Positions 20,126 through 30,169 of a DNA stretch of 64,000 nt are shown piece after piece. The stretch is from assembly GCA_044347345.1 (NCBI GenBank), contig JBIKUX010000003.1, forward strand, positions 32,001-96,000, in the 5' to 3' direction. Below the pieces are notes generated by a model. That model made no database searches. It saw only the letters and a list, made by a program, of their open reading frames with translations, and was not told where the DNA came from. The first letter of the stretch is position 1. Each line of letters begins with the position of its first letter. The DNA comes from Bdellovibrionota bacterium (GTDB lineage Bacteria; Bdellovibrionota_C; UBA2361; JBIKUX01). The position numbers and the translations under genes are program-made.

Positions 20126-20777
20126 TGAAATAAGTAGTCTTAATCCTTTAGGTTTTGAGTGGGACTCAGCAAAAGATTTTGAGGTATTAAAACAGGGTTT
20201 CTGTGATGATAACCTTTTTTTTAAGCCATTAAATGGCGTAGTTGACCGACTAGAAATAGCAGCAAGGATATGTCGGTTAATTACTATCTCTTTTGGTGAG
20301 CCAAATTATGCTGTTTTTCTTCTAGGTTCTTTAGTCAACAAAGTACACAAAGAAACTTCCGATTTTGATTTTTTAGTTTTTGTTACCGAAAATATTAAAC
20401 AAGATGATACGATTCAACTTTTAAAGAGAATCAGTTTATTTTTAAATAGTGTAGGGTTTAGTACTAATGACTTAGCTTTAGATATTGCCTATTTTAATCT
20501 AGATGAGTCTATAAATAACTTGCCATCAGAATTAGGTAAAAGGAAGTTTAAAGACAAAGAGCATGAGCGGCTAACTTTAATTGCTCACCAAATGCAATTA
20601 TTTAACGTTCGATATCGTTCTCGTTATTTGGGAGGCAGCATCAAGATTGCGAAAAAGATATTCGAACTTTGTCCAGAATATTTTTGGAATAGCTCTTTAA
20701 GGAATTTTTTACGGATTTTCAGCAATATCTTGTTTCTTTTGGAACTATCTCAGCCATCTTACCTCAATTATTTTTAA
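20109..20777 (+). CDS. Nucleotidyltransferase-domain protein (Pol beta superfamily)
   Basis: VFLLGSLVNKVHKETSDFDFLVF fits the GS-x(n)-DxD motif; later LDI. Confidence 0.55.
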   Translation: MNQVHDEISSLNPLGFEWDSAKDFEVLKQGFCDDNLFFKPLNGVVDRLEIAARICRLITISFGEPNYAVFLLGSLVNKVHKETSDFDFLVFVTENIKQDDTIQLLKRISLFLNSVGFSTNDLALDIAYFNLDESINNLPSELGKRKFKDKEHERLTLIAHQMQLFNVRYRSRYLGGSIKIAKKIFELCPEYFWNSSLRNFLRIFSNILFLLELSQPSYLNYF

Positions 20778-21042
20778 TTCCATCATGGCAGGTTATTGGT
20801 TTAAGGTTATCAGAGCATTTAGCTAAAATAACTGTTTTTAGTATTTACACAAATTACCTTTTAGATATCCGGCAACTTCCGTTATCAACTGATCATTGCA
20901 TAAGCCTAGTTAGTAAACATGTAAATGATAAAGAAAAGGAAATTTTGCTACTAGCGCAACCTCTACTTACCTCTTTGGCAGTAGAGGCTAGTAAGGTGCA
21001 TAAACTTGTCAGCGCAACTCGTCTTACAGATTATATTCCTAT

Positions 21043-22254
21043 ATGAAAAACAGTGAGTATCCCTATCCTAAAATCTGCCCCGTTTTAACTTCAGATCAGT
21101 GCGACGAACTCCTTACATTTGCTCGCAAGAGTAAAGGTGTAGATGTTAATGTTCTTGATTTAGAAACAGGGTACTATAAGGATGATAATCTTCGCAGTGC
21201 TACTAGTTGGATGTTACCTGAAAATCTTAATGCCACTATGCAGATAAGAGCCTTTATTGAATCTCAGTCAGGTTTGCCTAGGGTTAATTAAGATTCTCTT
21301 ACACTGCTTCGGTATGAGACGGGTGACCATCATGCACCCCATTATGATTTTGAGACTGATGAAGTTATGGAGTTAAGAGGGGAGGATGCTCAAGCTCAAA
21401 GATTGTATACAGCTCGTATTTGGTTAAACGACGATTTTAAGGGTGGAGAGACATCTTTCATAAACTTAGATGTAAAATACAAAGGCAAGACGGGAGATGG
21501 TATTATTTGGATAAATATTGACCCTGTAAGCGGAGAAAAGTGTAAAGACTCAATACATGCTGGTCTTCCGGTAGAAGAAGGAGAAAAGTGGATTGTAGTT
21601 ACTTGGGTGATGGATAAGCCTATACGTTTCGTAGGTGAAGCTACAAGATCTTCTTTTTTGCAAGAAGTTCCTGGTCTTATTAGTCCAGAGACGGCAAGTG
21701 CATAATCTGAGTTTTGTGATAAAAATGGTTCGATAGCTAATCCGTGGAATAACTCTCCTAGTGAGGATAATTCTCGAGCGGTGTGGGTAACTTTACCTAA
21801 AGACCCTGTAATTTTAGCAATGCGAGAAAGATTATCTCGCATAACTAAATTGCCTATGTCTCATCAAGAACCTCTATTTTTGGTAAGGCATGAGCAAGGG
21901 GCTTTTCGCCCTATATCGACTGATTCATTTGTGCGTGAGACTTTTAAAACTGAAGTAAAGCGTGGAGGCCATCGGTTATATACAGTTTACTGTCCTCTCC
22001 AAGAAGCAGATGAAGGAGGTGAGTTGTTACTGCCTTCGCTTGGAAATTCTTGGCGCCCTAAATGTTTAGGCGATGCGTTAGTGTGGCAGACGGGATTATT
22101 GAAAAGGCCGGCTGTTCGGCATCCATTATCGATTCATGAGATTCTTAAGGTACGTAAGGGCACTCAAACAGTTCTTTATCTTTGGATAAGAGAGCGTCCA
22201 TTTGATTTAACCGTATCAAATGAGCTGGAAGATAGTTTAGAATCTGCTAAATAA
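21043..22254 (+). pseudogene. Tandem two-domain 2OG-Fe(II) oxygenase (prolyl 4-hydroxylase-like) interrupted by two in-frame TAA codons
   Basis: ORFs 21043, 21367 and 21781 share one frame; stops at 21289-91 and 21703-05; motifs LLRY..GDHHAPHYD, LNDDFKGGETSF, HAGLPVEEGEKW, then a second copy QEPL...EGGEL...SIHE. Confidence 0.8.
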
Positions 22255-22295
22255 GTCATTAACAAGTAATTACATTAAGAAGAGCTGATAATAAT

Positions 22296-22631
22296 ATGTC
22301 TTTATTGATTTCAACTACACCTAATATAGAAGGACACAGAATTTTAAAGTATCTTGGCATAGTGACTGGTGAAGCTATTCTTGGAGCTAATTTTGTAAAA
22401 GATTTCTTTGCAAAATTTACTGATGTTTTAGGAGGACGCTCCGGTAGTTATGAACGAGAGCTTCATAAGGCCAGAAAAATTGCTTTTGATGAGCTTGAGC
22501 TTCAAGCTAAAAAGTTAGGAGCTAACGGGGTTATTGGAGTCGATATAGATTATGAGGTCATAGGGCTAACTAACGGTAGCATGTTAATGGTGAGCGTTAG
22601 TGGAACTGCTGTTAATTATGAACAGATTTAA
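22296..22631 (+). CDS. YbjQ/UPF0145 family protein
   Basis: GEAILGAN...[14 protein letters not shown]...[14 protein letters not shown]...[11 protein letters not shown]. Confidence 0.93.
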   Translation: MSLLISTTPNIEGHRILKYLGIVTGEAILGANFVKDFFAKFTDVLGGRSGSYERELHKARKIAFDELELQAKKLGANGVIGVDIDYEVIGLTNGSMLMVSVSGTAVNYEQI

Positions 22632-22652
22632 GCGAATTACTAAGTCTTTAAA

Positions 22653-23195
22653 TTAAGATTTTTGTGACTCGGATTCACCTCTATTTAGTGTAGTTTCGGA
22701 TGAAGAATCTTCTGGCTGGGATTTTTCGGGGGTAGGGGAAAACCCGGGAATATCGCAAAGTGGCACCCTAGTTGATAAGTCAGGACTATCAAAAATTACT
22801 TGAGCACCTCTTAAATTACGGATGTTTACAAAGAGAGGTGCTTTTAAGTTAGCAGTTGTGGCACTCGGGTCACCTCTAACTGTTACGACTACTAAAATGG
22901 CAAACTCATCGGTCTCTTTAAAATCACACTCCGGTTGCGAGAATGGTAAAGTTAAGTCGTAATTATATCCTACCTCAAAGCCATCGATTACAACAAAGGC
23001 GATTGATGGTTCGTCTACGCCGTGTAGCCATGAAAATGGATGCTTATGGTCGATTAAGACAAACTTGTTAGGACGTGGAAACCCTATTAAACCAGACGGA
23101 AAAGTAATTATACGGTCAGATGATACCGAAAGAGGACCAAAGCGAGTGCTTTCAAAATGTACTAATTCACTTATACGGTTAGCGTCATCGTTCAT
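22653..23195 (-). CDS. fliW: Flagellar assembly factor FliW
   Basis: STRFG...IITFPSGLIGF...PFSWL...TANLKAPL; probable ATG at 23195 overlaps the csrA stop. Confidence 0.9.
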   Translation of the reverse strand: MNDDANRISELVHFESTRFGPLSVSSDRIITFPSGLIGFPRPNKFVLIDHKHPFSWLHGVDEPSIAFVVIDGFEVGYNYDLTLPFSQPECDFKETDEFAILVVVTVRGDPSATTANLKAPLFVNIRNLRGAQVIFDSPDLSTRVPLCDIPGFSPTPEKSQPEDSSSETTLNRGESESQKS

Positions 23196-23616
23196 TGTCG
23201 CCACCGTCATTCTTTGTATTGCGCATACCTCGTCGTTTCACCTCGAACGAACGATCTCCTTCTTTTTCTCTTCCAGACCTATTGAGCTTTACGGGTTGTA
23301 CCGTTATTCCCCCGAAGGTTTTATTGCTGAGTCCAACATTTTTACTAGCATCAGGTAAATTCCTGTTTTGTCCAGTGACTGCATTCCTCCCTAGTTCTAC
23401 TTTGGTAGAGGCAATGATATCTAACTCGGTTACGCTTTCTGCTGCTTGGCGATTTTCCTCTAAAATTTGTAGATAAATCTCTTCTCGATATATCTTAAAA
23501 TCTCGAGGAGCATCAATACCAACGCGTATTTGGTTGCCCTTGATCTCTATTACGGTAACCTTGATGTGGTCTCCGATGTAGATACACTCTCCGGGCTTAC
23601 GTGTAAGTATCAGCAT
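23185..23616 (-). CDS. csrA: Carbon storage regulator CsrA with a long C-terminal extension
   Basis: MLILTRKPGECIYIGDHIKVTVIEIKGNQIRVGIDAP...IYREEIY. Confidence 0.95.
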   Translation of the reverse strand: MLILTRKPGECIYIGDHIKVTVIEIKGNQIRVGIDAPRDFKIYREEIYLQILEENRQAAESVTELDIIASTKVELGRNAVTGQNRNLPDASKNVGLSNKTFGGITVQPVKLNRSGREKEGDRSFEVKRRGMRNTKNDGGDNER

Positions 23617-23830
23617 GGCCTTCCGTGGCGGGAAAAACGACTGCTCAATCTTTAACTAGACTAGTATCCGTTTTTCAAGATAACGACATTTCTGTACTGA
23701 AACTATCAAGATGGTGAAAGTTTCATTACTTAAGGTATGATGCTTTAAAGATAATCGCCGATGCTGGTTAAACTAGGCTTTTTTTCACACTTTAGTAAAA
23801 TATTTAACACCTAGAGAGATAAAAAGTTTC

Positions 23831-24733
23831 TTACATGAAAATACCGTGTTTTTCTGTGATGTTACGATTAGCATCTATTAAAACATAGCCTTGTAGATAG
23901 TTTGCATCACTCATTAGCGGACTCATATATAGTTCTGGATGTAAAGATTGCCAAAAGTAATCTACAAAGTCCTCTACTTGTTCCTCTGTCATCCCGCTAC
24001 CTTTCTCAGTCCGCAATGCTCTTTCTGCATCAATTCTCCACTGTTTACTTAAACTAAAAGGTGCCGGAAATAAGCCAACAAGGCCATCGAGTCTATTCCA
24101 TAGTGGCGCATATTCAGGGAGTATTTCATTAATTAACGGCGTAAGTTCTGAAGCAAAGTGAGAGTGAGGATCGGCTGGACGAGCTCCAAGAAACCACCCT
24201 TCAATAATTACAACATCTGGAACAGTCTGTAGTATGGGATCGATCTGATCTCCTTCGCCACAATGTAGTGCCTTATCAAATCTTGGTACTTGTACTGAGC
24301 TGCCTCTTCCGCTATCTAACTCCTTAATAAATCGATTTATTAGAGCCATATCATGTGTACCTGGCGGCCCTCGGCGTCTTAATCTAGGCTCACGCATCCG
24401 TAGTTCTTGACGAGCGGAGAATGGTAGATAAAAGTCGTCAATTGATACAGCAAACGAAGTAAATCCAGCAAATTTAAGGGCACTAACAATAAGTTCTGAA
24501 ATTGTAGTTTTACCCGTACCTTGGAGACCAAGAACACCTTGAATAAAAGGAATAGATATTGATTGTTTGGCAAGATTATTACTAATGTTTAAAACAAGCG
24601 GTAATACAATTTCTTCGGTGGCCTTGTGAAGAAATCTTCGAAAAACTTCAGATTTTGGTAGTGACTCGCCGTAAACTGAATATAAAATTGCTTCGGTAGA
24701 GAACCATGTTGGTAAGTTTGTTTTCATGAACAA
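23831..24733 (-). CDS. D-glycerate 3-kinase, GLYK (plant/cyanobacterial/yeast) type
   Basis: GLQGTGKTT, SIDDFY, RGPPGTHD, PRFDKAL..GEGD, EGWFLG, GMTEEQVEDFVDYF. Confidence 0.8.
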   Translation of the reverse strand: MFMKTNLPTWFSTEAILYSVYGESLPKSEVFRRFLHKATEEIVLPLVLNISNNLAKQSISIPFIQGVLGLQGTGKTTISELIVSALKFAGFTSFAVSIDDFYLPFSARQELRMREPRLRRRGPPGTHDMALINRFIKELDSGRGSSVQVPRFDKALHCGEGDQIDPILQTVPDVVIIEGWFLGARPADPHSHFASELTPLINEILPEYAPLWNRLDGLVGLFPAPFSLSKQWRIDAERALRTEKGSGMTEEQVEDFVDYFWQSLHPELYMSPLMSDANYLQGYVLIDANRNITEKHGIFM

Positions 24734-24761
24734 TATTCTGTTCGGTCTAGTGGTATAATTT

Positions 24762-25904
24762 TTACTTCGAGTTGCCTATTAGAAGGTTTAGTTGCTCTTT
24801 TACCTTTGGAATAATCTCGTTATAAGCAAATGCTCCTAAGAGCTCTCCCCTAAGCTTCAAATTGACATGATTGGGCGCACACCATAATCCAAGATCTGCG
24901 TCATCTGTTTCACCAGGGCCATTCACTCGGCAACCCATCACAGCTATGGTGAGCTTGTGGTTTGCCGCGAAAGCACTCATTTCCTTTACTTGCTCAGCTA
25001 ATTCAACAAAGGATTCATTTTCAACTCGAGAGCATGAAGGACACGATATGATGTTTAGACCTTCGTTTTGAAAAGTTGGAACCGATCTAAAACGACCAGC
25101 GGTTACATCATCAATGATCCTTTGTCCAAGTAAAACCTCTTGATGCTTTTGGTCGTTAGGAAGAGTTAAAGATACTCTTATCGTGTCGCCAATACCTAGA
25201 GCAAGAAGATGCTCAAAAGCTACGCGAGTTTTAACTTCGGCCATAGGTAATAAACCCGCTTCTGTAACCCCGAGATGAAGGGGGACTAAGGGGTAACGCT
25301 CGGCGAAAAGTTTGTTGATTGTGACTACGTCATTGGGATTACTGCTTTTAAGGGAAACAACGAAATTTTCAAAACCGAACTCCTCAAAATAGCCTATGTG
25401 TTCTCCAGCTGAGGTTAAAGCTGCTTCAAGATGGTCAGCGTGGCGGGCTTTTTGGCTCGGATCTAAAGAGCCAAAATTTACTCCGATGCGAAGAGCAAGA
25501 TTATGTTGTTTTGCTACATCGATTAAAAAACGCACCTTATCACGTACCGGTACTTCTTTATCGTGATGATGAAGATGACCAGGATTATATCGAATCTTAT
25601 CCACAAAAGGTGCCACTTCAGCGGCAAGCTTATAGCTTTCTTGCAGGTCAACCACGAGCCGAGCATTGGTGCGTTTACGAATTTCAGCTAATGCGGCTAC
25701 ATCACGTTTACTGTCGACTGCGATTCTCACTACTCCAGCCCCAGCATCAGCTAATTGTGAAGCCTGTCGAGCTGTAGCTTCAATATCTTTGGTGCGTGTA
25801 GCGCACATTGATTGAACGACAACAGGATGATTACTACCGATGTATAAATCTCTAACCAGTACTGACCGAGTTTGACGCCGTATAATGTGAATAGGAACTG
25901 TCAT
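24762..25904 (-). CDS. ispG: HMB-PP synthase
   Basis: VVQSM, KIRYNPG, RIGVNFGSL, PLHLGVTEAG, GIGDTIRVSL, SCPSCSR, AVMGCRVNGPGE. Confidence 0.95.
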   Translation of the reverse strand: MTVPIHIIRRQTRSVLVRDLYIGSNHPVVVQSMCATRTKDIEATARQASQLADAGAGVVRIAVDSKRDVAALAEIRKRTNARLVVDLQESYKLAAEVAPFVDKIRYNPGHLHHHDKEVPVRDKVRFLIDVAKQHNLALRIGVNFGSLDPSQKARHADHLEAALTSAGEHIGYFEEFGFENFVVSLKSSNPNDVVTINKLFAERYPLVPLHLGVTEAGLLPMAEVKTRVAFEHLLALGIGDTIRVSLTLPNDQKHQEVLLGQRIIDDVTAGRFRSVPTFQNEGLNIISCPSCSRVENESFVELAEQVKEMSAFAANHKLTIAVMGCRVNGPGETDDADLGLWCAPNHVNLKLRGELLGAFAYNEIIPKVKEQLNLLIGNSK

Positions 25905-26059
25905 AAAAAATTTGCAATAAAAAGATCAATTGTATAGGCAGATAACTATCTCTTATAAATTGTGTCTAGGGGTAAAGAATAAACCCAATTTACCTCTCAA
26001 AGAATTATTTTAACAGTACCTTTGGTAATGATGCTGATCAAGTAGATAAGCAAGTAAGT

Positions 26060-26920
26060 TTATATTTTTCTTGGTTTAAAATAGTTGCCAGTGAAAGCTA
26101 AGAAAGCATCTACCATGATAAAGAGGATGCCGACCAATTCTCTAGTTGTTGGAATTTCTGCAAAAATGATTAGTCCAAATAATAATGACCAAATGATACT
26201 CGTATAAGATAAACAAGCTACTAATGAAGCAGGAATAATTGCGAGAGCATTGGTGAGAAAAAGCTGGAATAAAACCCCAAGCATTGCTACTACTACAATA
26301 AGTAGCCAACACCACAAAGAAGGCGGTTCCCATGTAAGAATTGAAAAAGGGGCAATTATTAGGGAAGCAAAAAAACAATAAGCTAACACAATAGTTTGAG
26401 AATCATACTTAAGCGATAATTTTTTTACAAAAATGTCGCTTAAGGCAGCAGATAAGCAACCTAATAAAAGGAAAAAAATTGGTAAAATCTTGTCAATATT
26501 ATCAAACTTTGCTTGATTAAAAGGATTTGTTGCAATAACTACTCCAGCAAATCCTGCTGCTATTGCTACATATCTTAGAAGCGGAATCCTTTCATTTAAA
26601 AATATGGCTGCCAGTAGAGCAAGCATTAAAGGATTAGTAAACTGAATAGCTGTCCATACAGAAAGGGACATATATTTGATTGAATAGGCAAAGCAGGCAA
26701 AAGCACATAATCCAAAAAACGCCCTTAAAAAAATAGCTGGTTCAACCAGATTAGAAAAAAAAGTTTGACGTTTTTTTGTTGGATAATATAGATATAAAAT
26801 AAAAAAGCCGAGTGTAAACCGTAACGAGACAACTTGTTGCACAGGAATTTGGTCATCAATTAGTTTTAGCGCTACTCCAATTAAAGAACAAAACAAAAAG
26901 GCAATTAGTGCGTTAATCAT
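26060..26920 (-). CDS. DMT/EamA family transporter
   Basis: About 10 TM segments in two EamA-like repeats (AIFLNE, IIFAEIP). Confidence 0.85.
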   Translation of the reverse strand: MINALIAFLFCSLIGVALKLIDDQIPVQQVVSLRFTLGFFILYLYYPTKKRQTFFSNLVEPAIFLRAFFGLCAFACFAYSIKYMSLSVWTAIQFTNPLMLALLAAIFLNERIPLLRYVAIAAGFAGVVIATNPFNQAKFDNIDKILPIFFLLLGCLSAALSDIFVKKLSLKYDSQTIVLAYCFFASLIIAPFSILTWEPPSLWCWLLIVVVAMLGVLFQLFLTNALAIIPASLVACLSYTSIIWSLLFGLIIFAEIPTTRELVGILFIMVDAFLAFTGNYFKPRKI

Positions 26921-27040
26921 ATAGGCTTCCTAAAAAGAGATGGGAAAACGGCCTATTTTTCGAATTAAAGTCAAGCAATTAATCGGGAATACTGCTTATT
27001 TCGCAGAAAAAACAAAAAAAATCAAAGAAAGAATTCAAGT

Positions 27041-27067
27041 TTAGTTTTTCCTTTGACTGGTCGACTA
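27041..27067 (+). promoter_or_regulatory. Possible sigma28 (FliA) promoter of the flagellin gene
   Basis: TTAG-N15-GTCGACTA versus consensus TAAA-N15-GCCGATAA; partial match only. Confidence 0.3.
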
Positions 27068-27169
27068 AACCTTTAGATTTTTTCTCTTGAAAGCATAAAA
27101 TTATACATGTTGTCAGATTTATTTGGAAGTAACTAGTGATATCTTGTTACTAACTGATACGAGGCATTT

Positions 27170-28336
27170 GTGCCATTAACGATTGGAAGCAACATAGCAA
27201 GTCTTCAGGCTCAGCGTCAGCTTGGACTTGCTTCCAATCAAATTACTTCTTCTTATCAGCGACTATCGTCTGGGCAAAGAATAAACTCAGCTAGTGATGA
27301 TGCAGCCGGCTTAGCAATTTCAGAAGCTCTTCAAAGTAGTGTGCGCATCAATACTCAAGCCGTAAAAAACTTAAATGATGGCATTAGTGTACTAAATATT
27401 GCCAAGAGTGCTTTGGAAAGTCTTTCGCAAATAACAATTCGGCAAATGGAATTAGCTGAACAAAGTGCCAATGGAACGTACACAAACATTCAACGTAGAG
27501 CCTTACATGAAGAGGCTAAACAATTAACAGATGAATACAATAGAATAATAAAAACAACGGAATTTAATGGTTTAAAATTACTAGATGGTTCATTTAAAAA
27601 TGTGTCGTTTCAGGCAGGCATTGGACAGCACGCAACTATATCAGTAAGTATAGGCGTAGAGCTACTTGATAATATATTAACTGGTGAATCTGGCACTAAT
27701 TTAGTGGGTACAGGTGAATTTTTGGTTACCTCCTCATTTACAGGAGGAAGTTTAGGAGTAGGGTTAGCTACAGGTGACTTTGATTGAGATGGAAATATTG
27801 ATATTTTAGCTGCATCTCGTCCTCCTCCCTATGATGTGGGCTATTTATTTTTATCCACCAGTAATGGAGACGGCACATTTAAGTCTCCGGTTACAGTCGG
27901 CCCATCCAGCCATCTTGATTACGGCCTTGCACTTGGCGATATAAATGGAGATAAGGTTTTGGACATAGTAACTTCAGTTGGCGCGATGGTAGCAACATCT
28001 ACGCCTAATCCTAATATAAAAAGCTCAACAGTTGGTTATTTGAATCTTTTATCGCAAAATAATGGTAGAGAAGCCTTAATTATCGCATCAGAAAGGCTAA
28101 GCAGAGTTTCAAGAGAAGTAAGTATCATAGGAGCTACCGAATCGAGACTAAATGTAGCAGTAAGTAATTTGTAAACCTCGATAATAAAAGAGACTGATGC
28201 TAGAAGTAGAATTCTTGATGCTGATATTGCACAAGAATCGAGCGAACTTATTAGGCGAGGAATTATTCAGCAAGCTGCTTCTGCCGTTCTAAGTCAAGCA
28301 AATATGCAATCTGAGATAGTCCTAGGCTTAATTTAA
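27170..28336 (+). pseudogene. Flagellin with FG-GAP/VCBS repeats in the variable region, two in-frame stops
   Basis: N-term RLSSGQRINSASDDAAGLAIS; C-term SRILDADIAQESSEL...QQAASAVLSQAN; middle GDFD*DGNIDI, NGDGTF, GDINGDKVLDIV; stops TGA 27785-87 and TAA 28172-74 in one frame. Confidence 0.9.
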
Positions 28337-28435
28337 AGCTCCCCAAATTATGCTTACTTATATCTATTGACAAAAAGATTAACCTCCAGATTGTAGTTAA
28401 AAAATAAAAAATTTATGATTAACAAAAAGTATCAA

Positions 28436-30085
28436 TTATTCAGGATTATTCTTTAGAAGAATTTCAAGACGCCGTCCAAGAGCACTTCCGGCCTCCACTT
28501 CGTCACTTACAACCTCATCAACTCCAAGGGCGAGTAGCTGATCAATAAAAGATTGAAATCGAGCTCTGACAACAATTCTTGCGTGAGGTGCTACATGACG
28601 AACATGCTGTACTATTTGAGTACATGCACTATAACTGGGTAAAGTAATAATAACGACTTTTGTTGATTGAAGATTATGGTGTTCCCATACGCCAAAGTGA
28701 GTTGCGTCTGCTATTTCGGTGTGAAACCCCTCTTGCGTAGCTTCTGCTATATTATTTAAATTAAGATCAAAAATGAGAGTAGAATTTTTTTTGTGTTGTA
28801 AGGTTTTTCCTACTGAGCGGCCTGCTGGTCCATATCCTACAATAATTACTTCATGAACTTGATCGCGAATTGTTGTAGTGAGATCTTTCTTGATAATTGA
28901 ACTATTTTTTCGAAAAATTGTAGTAGCAATAAATTCACCAATTTTATCACTTTTTGCTATCAGAGAGGGGCTTACTAAGAGCGAACCTATAGTAAGAGAT
29001 ATAGCTAGTTGGTAGTCATCTTCAGTTAGAACTCCTCCATCATAGGCTATTTTACCGAGCACAAATGCAAATTCTCCAACTTGAGCAAGAACGAGCCCCG
29101 ATGAGAAAGCTGTTGCTGGTGGGTATCTTAGACCAGCAAGAATAATGGCGACTGCAATTGATTTAACGAGGATTAAAACAAATATTCCAAATAGAATTAT
29201 GAGAAGATGGCTTCCAATCCAGGAAGGGTCTGCCACCATTCCAGCTGAGCCAAAAAAAAGTGTAAGGAGAATAATGCGAAGAGAACTTATGTCGGCTCTT
29301 ATTTGAGTTGCAAATAATGAGCTACCTAAAAACATACCAGCGATAAAAGAGCCGAGAGCCGGTGAAAGACCCACTGAGTAAGCCCCAAAAGCAGAGCCGA
29401 GACCTGTAAGAATTGAGAGAAGTAGCGCAAGCTCTCTATTTTGGAGAAGAGTAAATTGCCCTAAAACTCTGACAGCAATTATATTAAGAGCAAGATACAA
29501 AACAGATGTAAGAAGAACTCCGTACCCAAGAACTATACCAAGAGTGGAAATAGCACTTATTAAATCACCTCCGTCTACGATAAGTTTCATTAGAATGGCA
29601 AGAGGCACTACAGCTAGATCCTGAACGAGTAGTATAGTAATGGCGTTGCGGCCAAAGAGAGAGTCAGTTTCAGCTCTATCAACTAATGTACGTAACACTA
29701 CTGCTGTGCTGCTTAAGCAGCCTAGGATGCCGCCGGTCAATGCTAGAGGTAAAGATGCTCCAAGCAGAAGTGCAACCAAGGTCAAAACGGTTAATGTACC
29801 GATAACTTGAAGTACTCCGGCTATTACCGGAAGTTTACCAAAAGATTTTATTCTTGCTACTGAAAACTCAAGACCAAGACTAAAGAGAAGAAGTGAAACA
29901 CCGAGCTCAGCTATAGCCTCAATTTCATGAGAGGCTGTAATGAGTCCAAAACTACCAGGCCCACCCAGAAACATTCCAGCAATAAGATAGCCTAGGATGG
30001 GGCTTTGTTTGAATCGAACACATATTCCACCAAGGATTAAGCAGCCGGTTAGTAATATGATTATTTGAAAGAGGTAGGACCACAT
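28436..30085 (-). CDS. CPA2-family cation:proton antiporter with a TrkA-N domain
   Basis: AELGVSLLLFSLGLEFS, LSSTAVV, QDL, LAQVGEFAFV, IIVGYGPAG. Confidence 0.9.
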   Translation of the reverse strand: MWSYLFQIIILLTGCLILGGICVRFKQSPILGYLIAGMFLGGPGSFGLITASHEIEAIAELGVSLLLFSLGLEFSVARIKSFGKLPVIAGVLQVIGTLTVLTLVALLLGASLPLALTGGILGCLSSTAVVLRTLVDRAETDSLFGRNAITILLVQDLAVVPLAILMKLIVDGGDLISAISTLGIVLGYGVLLTSVLYLALNIIAVRVLGQFTLLQNRELALLLSILTGLGSAFGAYSVGLSPALGSFIAGMFLGSSLFATQIRADISSLRIILLTLFFGSAGMVADPSWIGSHLLIILFGIFVLILVKSIAVAIILAGLRYPPATAFSSGLVLAQVGEFAFVLGKIAYDGGVLTEDDYQLAISLTIGSLLVSPSLIAKSDKIGEFIATTIFRKNSSIIKKDLTTTIRDQVHEVIIVGYGPAGRSVGKTLQHKKNSTLIFDLNLNNIAEATQEGFHTEIADATHFGVWEHHNLQSTKVVIITLPSYSACTQIVQHVRHVAPHARIVVRARFQSFIDQLLALGVDEVVSDEVEAGSALGRRLEILLKNNPE

Positions 30086-30169
30086 GGTGCGAACCCCAGA
30101 AGGATCAGGTTATTAAGCAGTTAAAGTCTCACGCCTTTAGCTTATGAGCAAGTATCTTTGAGTTAAGTT

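Noticed and set aside
21289-28174. Stop-codon reassignment (TAA=Gln, or TGA=Gly as in code 25)
   Set aside because: All three stop types occur internally, and TAA, TAG and TGA each end conserved genes at their expected C-termini (e.g. ispG TAA, fliA TAG, fliP TGA)
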